A stretch of 64,000 bases of DNA from Camelus ferus (Eukaryota): positions 86,802,001-86,866,000 of the forward strand of contig NC_045696.1 in the NCBI RefSeq assembly GCF_009834535.1, given 5' to 3'. The position numbers were made by a program, and so were the translations under genes. The notes beneath the pieces are model-generated. The model saw only the letters and a list, made by a program, of their open reading frames with translations. It was not told the origin of the DNA and searched no databases. Below, piece by piece: positions 12,610 through 24,304 of this stretch (position 1 is its first letter; every line of letters starts with the position of its first letter).

Positions 12610-14690
12610 CAGACCCAATAAACTGACTCAAATCTAAATGTCTTAATGAAAAGACATCTTGCTTATGCTATATTAACAACATGGTTCCATTATGCAGCTT
12701 GTCAGTTCTTAGTTATTTAAGACTCAAAACTGTTATCTTAACGTAAATTTCTGCTGTTGAGGCAGAAAGCGAGTATGTTAATAGCGCACTGTCCCTCAAA
12801 GAATCTACCCTGAAGTAATAAACTTCACTACCATTCTCATATTTCATTGTCTAAAAGCAATTTCCAGGGCCAAAGCTAATTCCAAGAGGGCACAAGGGAA
12901 AATTTAATTTGTCCTGAAGGCAGAGAGCTATAAATAATTCATAAACAACACTAGTGACTAACACACTCCATCTTTTTGATCATCAAAAAGATGTCTCACA
13001 CTCTATTCTGAAGACAAAATACACTCAACTCTCCCTGAACAATATAACCCCAAAAGTCCATCCAAACATTCTATCAAGCTCAAAGTTCATGTGCCCTGAA
13101 CTACAGTCTCTTAAATGGCAGTGATACATGGTGGTCTTCAGACCGGTGGAGAGAAGGCTTCTCTTGATCCAGAACTCTATGAACTAAGAGGACAAGTATT
13201 CTGCAACGTAAGCAGCCTGCGTAAGATGGTGCAACAGATATTCTAACTGCAGAAACCATCCCTAATTGTAAAGGTGAAAAATAGGACACACATGTTACAT
13301 TTGCAGCAATTCTCAAATCCCATTTAGCATTTATTGATAGGCCTCTTCACCAGGGGTGAGAAAGCTATTTAAGCAAATTTTCACATTTGCTTCATGACCA
13401 GTGGCTTCACTTCTTGGTGAACGTTCCTTTCTAGTCGGATCTTTGCCCATACTAGAAGTTGGTATCTAGAAATATGGCCTGGGGCTGATCAGTTTTCTCA
13501 GCCCATACTCCGCATGTTGATGTGTGTGGGTACTAGTCTTCTATTTCATTTAGTAAAGGATTGTGCTGCTTAAGATGGTACAAATATCCTTATCTTATCA
13601 ACTTCTTATCTATTTGAATTAAGTCAATTCTACATATTAAATAGCTATAAGACTAACACAGAGTTCCTTTCTCAACACAATTATTCTGTTTACTGTATTT
13701 CTTTGCTTTTTGTTCCCAGACTCTGCTCTTTTTCTCTTTCTCTCTTTATTTAATGTGGGTAATATGAATTTATTAGACTTTGGTAGGAGAGTTATATACC
13801 CTTGGGTTCTTTTCCCATGAGCTATTTTTGTCTAATTGATATGATTTAATGTCACCTCTTTCATTCATTCATACAAGTGAATGCCTTGGAATTAATCTTT
13901 CACCTAATTCTAAGTTTTCATTAGCCTTTGTAGCTCAAAGTCCTCCTCAGTTTATTTTTTTCCTCTTTAGGGGTTGAGCAGAATTTGTCTTTTCCAACCC
14001 TGCAAGTCCCTACATTTCGAGCCTCTCTCTTTTCTTTTTTCATTCTTCTTCAGAATTGCTACTATTTTATTCTGCAGCCATCTTTTTTGAAATAATACTT
14101 AATCTGTTGAAACCACTGATAACCCATACAGCCATACTAAGGTTATATTCTTTAACATCTTCCCCTATAAACACAAGTTCAGTAGTACATTGGTACACTC
14201 CACTTTATCACAGGGACAGTTTTACCAAATGTTCTGTCATTAGATAATATTTATCATTCTTCTTTTAGACTCCAGTAGTAATTTCTTCTAACCCTTAAAC
14301 CAACTGATTCTTAAACCACTGCTATGCTTTTTTGTGTGTGTTTTGCTTTTGTCACTGTGGCACCTACTTCAAAGTATCACTTTTTTATATCTTGCTGCAG
14401 TAACAAATAAGCCTAAATGCACCAAATATTTAATTCATAATCATACTCCCTTGTCATGGAGGCTCTGCTCTTCTTAGTTGACTAGTTAACAGGAGAGCTT
14501 CCACTTTGACATATGTGCCCATAATCTTCAAAGAAGGAAAAGGCAATTTGGCTTTCAAAGCTTCTGAGAGACAAACAGCACATGTGATCTCATTTCATTG
14601 ATTTAAGGAAGTCTCACAATTTGACCAATATTGTTTAAATGTGGTAGAGAAATTCAATTCTTTACATGGCTGGCATTATGGTGTCATTTG
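12610..14690 (-). mobile_element. Provirus-like MaLR (MLT1J/K-like): 3' LTR about 12610-12964, internal about 12965-14385, 5' LTR about 14386-14690
   Basis: Two same-orientation LTR-like blocks. On the minus strand a purine tract AAAAAGATGGAG precedes TGTGTTAGTC, and the internal start reads GTGATACTTTGAAGTAGGTGCCACAGTGACAAAA, like MLT1-int. Confidence 0.65.
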
Positions 14691-14930
14691 GTATTTGGGT
14701 GTAAGTAAACCAAACAGAAAAAGGTTTTAGTATCTTTGAAATATTATCTTTTATTCAAATGAAGGTACATTTGGTTTGTTTTTGATTTTCTAATGATGTA
14801 ATTTTAGAATTTTAAAATTTTTCTTATATTTTGCTTCCTTAAAACTTCAAATTAAAAAAAATTTTTCCTTGGTTCAATATACCACAGAGACTGCAGTGGC
14901 TCATTACCTACTTTTAAAAATGTATTACAA

Positions 14931-15566
14931 AGTATAGTAATTCTCTATTTCTATATAACGAACTACCACAAGCTCAGCAGCTAAAAACAATCCACATTTA
15001 TTATCTCACAAATTTCTGTGGGTCAGGAGACAGGGGCCTTCAATCATAGTCTTAAAAGGCTACAGTTAGGTACAGGCTGAGCTGCAGTATCATCAGAGGC
15101 TTAAAGGGGAAAAAATCTGCTTCCAAGTTCTCTCAAGTTGTTGGCAGAATTGGTCTCCTTGCTGCTATAGAACTGAGGGAACAGTTTTCCTACTGGATAT
15201 CACTGGCTGCTGCTGTCAGCTCCCAATGACCACCAGAAGTTCCATGCCACCTGTCACTATCCACAGGTCCTCAGAGAACATGGTGTTTTAATTCTTCAAA
15301 GCCAACAGGGAGACTCTGTCTGTTCTCCAGGAGGGTCCACTTCCCCTTTTAACATTTTCAATCGATTAAGTCAGGCCCAACCAGGAACATTTGATTAACA
15401 TAAAGTCATCTGATTTGGGATATTAATAACATCTTCAAAACCCCATCATCTTCCCCCTATTCCTTTGGAGAAAAGAAAGTCACAGGTCCTGTTCACATTT
15501 AAGGAGAAGAACAGGAACACCAGGAAGTGGGGACCATGGGCAGTCAACGTGAGTGTGTTCACTACA
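14931..15566 (-). mobile_element. MaLR solo LTR (MLT1E-like)
   Basis: AACTACCACAAGCTCAGCAGCTAAAAACAA...ATTTATTATCTCACA...TTCTGTGGGTCAGGA...CTGCTTCCAAG...GTTGTTGGCAGAAT, ending CACTACA. Confidence 0.8.
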
Positions 15567-15865
15567 GGATGATGTTTACATTATTTAAATTATTATTACT
15601 TACCTCTGATGTAGTTAAAATGCTGAAACAGTCTTTGTTTTTTTCATTGCTATCATTCTGTTTCAACATAATTCCTTTTGTATGAGAACTGTGTTTTCTC
15701 TGATTATTTTAACCTCGATTTGATGAATTTATGTAGCATATTTCCAATTCTGCCTTTGGTTCTGCTGACTTATTTCACTTTATTTGGCCATATATTTTTA
15801 ATTTATGGGAAATAAAAGTTAAAGTGCATTTTCTATAATCTCTTTTAGAGAAATTTAAAATTGAG

Positions 15866-16403
15866 GTATACTGGCATTCATTCCCTTGTGTGACACCCTC
15901 TCTTGTGTGTTGGTTCAGTCTAATGATTGGCTTCTAACAAACAGCATAAGGCCCAAAGTAATGAGATGAGACTAGGTTACAAAAGATTGTGACTTCCCTC
16001 TTGATGATACCATCTCTTGTTCTAACTTGCTCATTCTGATAAAGCCAGTAGCCGCGTGGTGAGCTGCCCCAGGGAAAGGCTCAAGTGGCAAGTAACTAAG
16101 GGATGCTTCAAGCCAATAGCCGGTGAGAAACTCATGCTCTCTGTTCAAGAATTCCTCAGTACAAGAACCCATGAAGAACTGAATCCTACTAACAACCACA
16201 CGAATGAACTTGGAATTGAATGGTCCCTCACGTGAAACCCAGCAGTTACACTGCCTATAGCCTGGTGAGAGACCCAGAGATGGAGGAGTCAGTTTTATCA
16301 CACTGAAATTTCAAAGCCAGAGAAATGGAATGAAAAATAAATGTTTGTTTTACTAACTCTTTACATTTTGGGGTGATTTATTTCACAGCTGATAGATAAC
16401 ACA
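15866..16403 (+). mobile_element. MaLR solo LTR (MLT1E/F-like)
   Basis: GGCTTCTAACAAACAG...GAGACTAGGTTACAAAAGATTGTGACTTCC...GAACTGAATCCTACTAACAACCAC...AATAAATGTTTG...GATAGATAAC. Confidence 0.8.
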
Positions 16404-16965
16404 ATGTATGACTCGATTATTTTCTTCCAAATATGGGTCAACATATGTTTTCCTTATTAGTTGTTTCCAATAGCATATATCTCTCAGTCTGTCTACAGTG
16501 CAATCTTGAAAATTAAGTAGATGAATAAACAAACTAATATCTTAAATGCTTCACTGAACAAGCATCACGAGTTTCAAAAAACAACGCATGTAAATGAATT
16601 CATTACATTTAATAATTATACATAGAGTAGGAATTATTTTAATCTTAATATTTAATAAAGAAAATTGTATGTGTATATTATCCCTGAAATACTTTTTAGT
16701 TCTGAATAAAATTATAATAAAATAATGAACGTTGATTTAGAGACATAAAATGCTTAAGTACAAAGACCAAAATTAATCTGATTAACATAATTGAATTCTT
16801 AAAACTAAATGAAGAAGGATATTTAAACATAAGTCAAATTGTTCTAATAAGCCCAGTAGACATATAACTACTTTAAAATGCAAAGAGTACTCAATTAGTA
16901 ATAAGGAAACATTATTTAATCTGATGTTATTAAGCCCAGGTTTTTCTTAGAGAGTAGAAGTATGA

Positions 16966-17008
16966 GAGAGAGCACCGAATCCTAACCACTAGATCACCAG
17001 GGAGCGTC
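16966..17008 (-). pseudogene. Tailless retropseudogene of the 5' half of tRNA-Glu(CTC)
   Basis: Minus strand 17003-16968 reads TCCCTGGTGATCTAGTGGTTAGGATTCGGTGCTCTC, 34/36 to mammalian tRNA-Glu(CTC) as recalled, stopping at the anticodon. Flanked by AGAAGTATGA (16956-16965) and AGAATTATGA (17009-17018). Confidence 0.85.
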
Positions 17009-18508
17009 AGAATTATGAATTTAAATTTTATCCTTGATTCATTCATTGAAACTGGTTTACTATATCAAGAATTCCCTCAGCCCGGTTAGGTTTATTTCAC
17101 TCTATTAAATACTTGTGCTGATTTCATCTGACATTTAATTCTGTGCAAGCTCTAACAGCTTCTCAGTAACTCATACGAAAAGTGCAATTGCAAATATCCA
17201 AAGAGTGGAATTTGCCATGATTCATAAGAGCAAATATTATATGTCACTGAAAATATAGGAACATTGCCAAAACAATACAGCTGATGACTACCCTTGTTTC
17301 CATCTCCTATAAACTGCCTACTATAAGAATTACTAGCAACACTCACATTTTTATACTCAGTGAATATTACTGTGTAAAGTTCAAGAACTGAGAAGTAAGA
17401 AAGATACAACCTGGCATAAATATTATAAAGCACTGTTTGTGAAATTATAGGGAAGATTTTGTGTATGATAATATTCATAAGAAAAATGGTAGGAAACTAT
17501 TCTGTGCTTAATATCAATCCATGCTGAAAATGCTTTTTGGCATATTTACAAAACTATTTCACGTATTTAATTGACAATACATAAGATAAAACTAGAATAA
17601 TACGAACATATGTTTATACCTTTTGAGATTTCCTTAAACTTATCAATATGTATGCAGAATACTGAATAATATATTTAACATAATCATATTCAAGAATCTG
17701 ACATACAATGATAGTTATATTTTGCATGTTATCTATTTCATGTATTATGCATCATTGTATATATTATATATTTATCCATGATTTACTTTATAAAATCATA
17801 AACTAACACTCATAAGTTCCTTTATTTCTAATAAATTATTTTTCATTCAGATGATGATTACAGAACATAATATAGGAATAAATTCTACTGTATTTTTTTC
17901 CTAAATGTTTAATATGATTTAAGTTTAAAAATGTGTCTCTGGCAAAGTATGGGTTTGGTAGATCCTCATGGGAAAATATATAATGCTTCATTTTCAGGTT
18001 ATATTACACCAACATGACAAATGTATCTAGTTTAAGTATAAATACTGATCATTTATTTTAAGATGATGCAATATATACTATTACATAAGTATGAGCTGCA
18101 AGATGATTGGAGATGAAGGCAAAAGCATAATTATTTAAACAGTTAAAAATTAAAAATCTAATAGAGAAGCATGTCATATTTATAAAATACACATCAAATT
18201 TAATATTATAAAATGAAATATGTTTATCATTACATTTCTTGTTTTCTACCATTTCTTCTCATGAATTTGTATGTTTAGGAAAATGTTTTTACCTCAGAGT
18301 TCTCTCAATAATTTTTATTCTTCTACTAAATCCAATACATGGCTAAAATTAGAGGTTGGTTGAAAAAATTTTGAGGGTCAATTTGAGGGTCAGTGTAGAT
18401 CTGAGATTCTTTCTACAGAAGGAAAATGCTGTTAAAATAGATCATACATACTAATCACTAAAATTGCAACATTTTATTGAAGTTTCCTCAATTAATCTCA
18501 ATATTACA

Positions 18509-18667
18509 GGGAGGGAGGTATATACCTCAGTGGTAGAGCACATGTTTAGCATGTACGAGGTCCTGGGTTCAATCCCCAATACCTCCACTAAAATAAATGA
18601 ATAAATAAATAAACCTAATTACCTCCTCCTCCTAAAAATTAAAAAAAAAATTAAAAATTAAAAAAAA
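18509..18667 (+). mobile_element. tRNA-Ala-derived SINE, camelid Vic-1-like
   Basis: tRNA-Ala-like head (CTCAGTGGTAGAGCACATGTTTAGCATGTACGAGGTCCTGGGTTCAATCCCC, with A and B boxes), then (AAAT)n, AACCTAATTACCTCC and an A-rich tail. TSD CTCAATATTACA (18497-18508) / CTCAATATTCCA (18668-18679). Confidence 0.9.
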
Positions 18668-19546
18668 CTCAATATTCCAAGAGCATTCATATTTGACCCT
18701 AATATCCTTTCAACCTAAATTATATTAAGATAGTATATTTTATAGCTAGATTTTACTTAAGGTATGTGGAACATAAATATTCATTCATAGCCTCAAATTG
18801 ATTTTGTGAGTCTCGGACTACATTGGATAGATGTCAGTCAGTTTTGGGGAAATGGTGATGTATACATAATTTCTAATAGTTTTTTTTTTCCCATAGAAAT
18901 TGTCATTTTTTTAAAGCATTTGCTCAGTTCCTAGAAATCAGCACATAGGTTTGAAAAAAAAAATAGCCATTATTTTAACTTTTACTATTACAGTATAAAG
19001 TTGGCACTATCATTTTCCCTTCTGAAAATCATGCAAAAGCAATAAGGAGAACAGGAAATATAAACACAGATCTGCTTTAGAAAAAAAATTAGTAGACAGT
19101 GAATATTCAAACCTCAACATAAGTGAAAGGACTCCTAATGTGTATTCATATAGAGAAGCAAAGAGAGGATCAATGAGGAACCAACCAAAGATCTGAAATT
19201 CTGTATTGGGAAGAGGGTTTTTCTTCTGCAAAAGTACTAGGTGCTACAGAAAAAAATGTAATTTTTCTTGTATAGTTCAGCTAAAAGAAGTTTGGAGCAA
19301 TTGTAGGTGTCCAGAAAAATAATTTAAATGTTCTAATCCAGAGCATTAGTTGTGATTCACACGTAGGGCTCAGTAAGAATGGAGCTCCTCTGGGAGCAGG
19401 TACAAATATTTGCACTGGGGTTAAAAGCTGGGCTTTGACCCAGTTGCAAGGATGTATGTTTAAGGGGAGATGGGAATGAAGCTGGAACTCCATCACTAAT
19501 CCTGAGAAATGAGTAGAACATGGGACCTCATGGGAACATGGGGACA

Positions 19547-20402
19547 ACAATGAGATACCTCTATATACCCATTAGAATGGTCAAAACATAAAACACTGAC
19601 AACACCAAATGCTGGAAAGGATGTAGAGCAACAGGAACTGTAATTCAGCCATTTCCATTAGACAGTCTGGCAGCTTCTAACAAAACTAAACATATTCATA
19701 TGATCCAGCAGCACATTTTTTCATATTTACCAAAAGGAGTTGAAAGCATATGTCCATACAAAAATGTGCCATCAATGTTTAGAGCAGCTTTATCCATTAT
19801 TGCCAAAACTTTGAAGCAACCAAGATGTCCTTCATTAGGTCAACAGATTAAATAAAAATAAAAACAACAACTATGTTACATCCATACAATGAATTATTAT
19901 TCAAACCTAAAAAAAAATGAGCTATCAAGTCATGTAAAAACATAGAAGAAACTTAAATATGTATTACTCTATGCAAGAAGTCAATCTGGAAAGGTAGCAA
20001 ACTATGATTCCAACAAAATACATGTAAGGCAAAAACTATGGAGACAGTTAAAAGATCAGTGGTTGCCAAGGGTTTGGGGGGAGAATGAAGAATGGATAAG
20101 TGGAATACAGAGAATTTTTAGGGTACCAAAAGTACTCTGTATACCTTAATGGTGACACATGTCCTTCCAAACTGAACATGAACCTAGAGAGAATCCTGAG
20201 GTAACCTATGGATTTGGCTGAAAATGATCTGTAAATATAGGTTCATCAATTGTAACAAATATACCACTCTTGCGAGGCATGTTGATAATGGGAGAGAGTA
20301 TTCATGTGTGAGGGCAGGGGATATATGGAAAATCTTTGCATCTTCCACTCAGTTTTGATGAGAACCTACAACTTCGGTAAAAAAATTAAGTATTTTTTAA
20401 AA
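19547..20402 (+). mobile_element. L1MC1/2-like LINE 3' end
   Basis: ORF2 C-terminal remnant (CCCATTAGAATGG...GACAACACCAAATGCTGG...GATGTAGAGCAACAGGAACT), then an L1MC-type 3' UTR (AAAAGATCAGTGGTTGCCA, GGTTCATCAATTGTAACAAATATACCACTCT). Confidence 0.85.
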
Positions 20403-20859
20403 ATATAATTTAATTAATTAATTACATCCCTAATCTATTCTCAATTGGTATACATGTGAGAGGGCAAAATTATTTAAAACTCAACATGTATATACATTTA
20501 TAATAGATTTAGATACAACTACCATGAAAGAACATCAAAAAAGCAGATGGTATAGCCATTATTTTTAGAAGTTTAGGATGCCTATGATTTGAGCCTTAAC
20601 ATGGATGTTGAACTTATATTGACATACACTGAAGACTTTGGAAACTCTGCTGACAGCCAGAGATTATAAAGAGGCCTGGGGTAAGCAAAAATAACAAGTT
20701 TGGGACTTCAGATATTTTGTGAAAAGATTTAGCTGCTGAAACAAAACTTTTCTTAGAATATATTTCATTTTAGTAATATAATAAAAATCAAATTCCATAA
20801 ATAAACGGGCATCATCTCTTTTATTGCTCTTTGCATTTATCATGTGGTGTTATCTGCCA

Positions 20860-20925
20860 TGAAGATATTGTATGCAAAAGAATCTATCACAGTGCCTGGC
20901 ACACAGAAGTTACTCAAAAATGATT
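20860..20925 (+). mobile_element. L2 3'-terminal fragment
   Basis: TCTATCACAGTGCCTGGCACACAGAAGTTACTCAAAAATGATT matches the L2 tail. Confidence 0.6.
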
Positions 20926-21031
20926 CTTTTCTCTGCCTTTTCCAGTTTTTCATCAGTCCCCAGATTTTGGTCCCTCCTGTTAGATCTTCTTTTGCTAAAA
21001 TATACGTCTCAATATTAACAAATAATATTTC

Positions 21032-21232
21032 AGTCACCTTTATTGTGATATTATTTACATATAATAAGCTTCATCATATTGTAGTGGACAAATTGATGAC
21101 TTCTGAAAATGTGAACAGTTATGTAAACATCACGACAATCATACTTAAAACATCTGGACTGCCTCAACAGTTTTCATCATGTCGCTTTGTAGAAAAACAC
21201 TCTCTGATCCCCGACCATTCTCAGGCTTCTGG
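21032..21232 (-). mobile_element. L1M 3'-end fragment
   Basis: CTTTATTGTGATATTATTTACATATAATAA...GTAAACATCACGACAATCA is a typical antisense L1MB/MC tail. Confidence 0.65.
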
Positions 21233-21234
21233 GG

Positions 21235-21586
21235 TTTTGTGTCAGTGGAGCTCTCCCCTCTCTGGGACTCTGTTCTGTGACCTTTAGCCACCTTTGCCTC
21301 CCAGAACTCCTAATTTCATCACCTTAACTCAGGAAGTCTGCAGAAGTCAGCCTGGGTTTCCCTACTTTCCCACTCCCTACACCACAACATGGATACCCTC
21401 TCAGGACAGTCATCTGGGGCAACTATAGGATTCATTTACCCCTTTACTCCTCATCCCTCAAGAATCACTTTCTATCATTGCCTTTTGTCTTAAAAAATAT
21501 TGTGCTATTTATTTTGTCAGTTTTTTGGTTGTTTCATGTAGGAGGGCAAATCTGATTCCTGTTCTTTTGTCTAAGCTAGAAGTAAG
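21235..21586 (-). mobile_element. L1ME-type 5'-end fragment
   Basis: Ends GTAGGAGGGCAAATCTGATTCCTGTTC...GCTAGAAGTAAG, like the antisense 5' terminus of L1ME elements. Confidence 0.6.
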
Positions 21587-24304
21587 TAGTTTATCAAACA
21601 GGCCAGAGAAGGCTAGCTTTCTCAGGAAGGCAGAAACACCATATCTAATATCACAGTTCTTGCCACAATTTTAAAACCCTTCATGATAACTCAAATATAA
21701 ATATACAAAATGGACAGTTTGTACCATGGCCTATTAGGAATAGTTTGGAAGTCCATGATGGTGTCTAAAGGAAAAGAAAAAGTGCTGAACAAAGCCCCTG
21801 CCCCAACCCAGCCTAATATATATAAACTGAGTTCTAAAGAGGGCAGGGATTTTCTGAAATAAGTTAACACTGGTTGCTTCTAAAGAGGGTAGTGAGAAAA
21901 TATTTTTCCTAAATTATGTCATTTTGGGTTTTTTCTTCTTATCATCTATGCCAGGAGTATTTGTCTGTATCATTTCTGTTATACTTTTTTTATTTAGTTA
22001 TTTTTATGAATTTTAAAGTTAAAAAGTTTATTATCTCTATGCTCTTTGCTTTCTCCCCTTTTGTTTTTGTATTTGATCCCTGCAGTCTCTCTCTATTACT
22101 CTATTTTCCTATGGCTCAACTTTGAACCTTACTCACTTGCAGCTGATCTCTAGTACATACTCTTGTTTATATGTGAATATATTTATAATGCATTAAAATA
22201 TGTAGAGGGTTCTAATAGGATCAATAACATTGCTTATATTTTCAAAAGCTAACATGCTGTACTACAGTGATATGCAATTTGTATTGCATATTACAGGAGT
22301 TAAAAATACAGCAGTTTTAGTCACACTGTTTTATATTGAAAATAAATGCTCTGTAACATGCAAAATGCCCAATAGTATTCTACAAGAATCATTTATTGGG
22401 AGGGACATGTGAACTATAACTAATATACCTCTTAAATACATAAATAACTAAAATAGCTCAAATAGTATTTTATAGATCAACTCACTGAACTAATAGAATT
22501 TTTAATTATCACTTTCTTTTATAGTCCATTCATATCATATGCATTATTTCCTCAGAGTAAAATGCTAAATGCTACCATAAAGTATTAGCTAAGGAAAATG
22601 AATAATTATCTTATTTGGGTCTATTAAAGCAATAGGCAGCTACATATCAAAAACATTGACAAAGATATTTGCTCTGGAACAAACCTTTTTTTTTACTGAC
22701 AAAAAATAAACCCAAGAGGAAAAAAAATAAAAGATTCTTTCCTTAAGAAGTTAAAATATTGTGAGCCCTAAATTTGCATTCATAATACCCCATGTTAAAA
22801 AAATCCAGACTTACTCATGATTGGTACGTGAAAATACGGCTTTTAAAGTAGTACAAAATAATGTAAAAAGTCAAATAAAATAGTCTCCACTTTAATTTGT
22901 CCTTGCCATGCTTAATACACATTGATTTTGCTTTAGATTGACAAAATGACTTAGTGCTATTGATTCTCTCTGCCTCTGACTTAATCTATTTTTCTGATTC
23001 TTTAATGTTTCTGTCTCTTGTTCAGTCTCTGGGTTATGAAATTCTGTTCTCTCAGTATCACTTTTCTTTTTCTGTGCCTGTATCTATGTGTGTCTCAGAT
23101 GCTTGTACGTCATATTTAATACATTAAGTGACTTAGTTTCTCAACATGTGGTTTCTTGGTCTGTATGTTAATAATCTTTGTATCACATTTATATTTTACA
23201 TTGGTTGACCATCTGGATTGATGTCCCATATCTTTTATAACTTTATCAGCTGGCTAAGAAAAATCCATTTTGATCCCTTAACTTATTTTCTAGAAATCTT
23301 AGATTATCCCTTTGTTAATAAATTAAATATAAAAATGATATAGACTTAAAACTAACCACAAGAAAGTGTATGTGTATATATATATATATACTATAATATT
23401 GTTTATATGATATATACATATATATTCATATATAAACAAATATATATCAGTATGCTAACTACTGTCTATATGATACATTGGTTATGTTTAGAGGTTGTAA
23501 GTTTAAGATTTCACTACTCCAGTGATTTTCAGAGGAGTAGAGAATTAGATTTCTACAGAGAGGTTAGAATGTGGATTTGAGGATAGTAGAAGAGGCAGAT
23601 AACATAGAAAAATTAGCTTTTTCCTTGAATAGGAAAAACTAACATGCAATTTATAGGTAAATTATAAGACTGGTTAAATTACCTTAATTCAAAGCAACCT
23701 TTGTATGAAGAGATGGAGTCAGCCATTTATATAGTGATTTTTGTTAACACCACCATTACCGTGAAATTCACATTTTCTCAAAAGTAATGGACACATTCAA
23801 AACTGAAACAGTTAATTCATTTTGGCATAAATCATTTTAAAATTATGTGTTTTAAAATGCTTCCCTGTCAATGATGTAAAAATGAAAGATGTTATTTAAG
23901 TGAATAGACAAATTTCTTATGAAGGACATATAGAGAGGATGACTAATATGTCAGAACTGATAATACTTTCCATAGAGGTTGAAAATTACTGAGAAGAGCT
24001 ATCATAATGGTGTTTTCATACATATGAAATATTCCAAGACTTAAAGCACCCATTAACCTAAAATCTTAATATTTTACTTTTATAAAGATAGCCATCAGAA
24101 AAATAACAAAAATGTTATTTTGATTCATTTTTCATTACTGTTTTTTTTTTTCATCAAATTGTTCAGTACCCTCAGTGAACAGTGAATTTAATTCCTACAT
24201 ATTTGATGGAAACATTTTGTGTCTTCTAAGGGTAACTTAATGACCGTTTCTCTTTTTCAGTTGTTACCTGACCCACATTAAATGGCCTGTTTTTTTATTA
24301 GGTG

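Noticed and set aside
15972..16301. 109-aa ORF
   Set aside because: Lies entirely within an MLT1 LTR.
17152..17478. 108-aa ORF in unique sequence
   Set aside because: Composition typical of random AT-rich DNA; no recognisable domain or exon structure.
18509..18590. Apparent tRNA-Ala gene
   Set aside because: It is the head of a SINE, followed by a SINE body, A-rich tail and TSD.
20844..21287. Longest supplied ORF (147 aa)
   Set aside because: Runs across an L2 tail and two L1 fragments, has a GTG start and resembles no protein I know.
23365..23450. TA-rich stretch (also 49815-49890)
   Set aside because: Ordinary low-complexity (TA)n/(TG)n decay.
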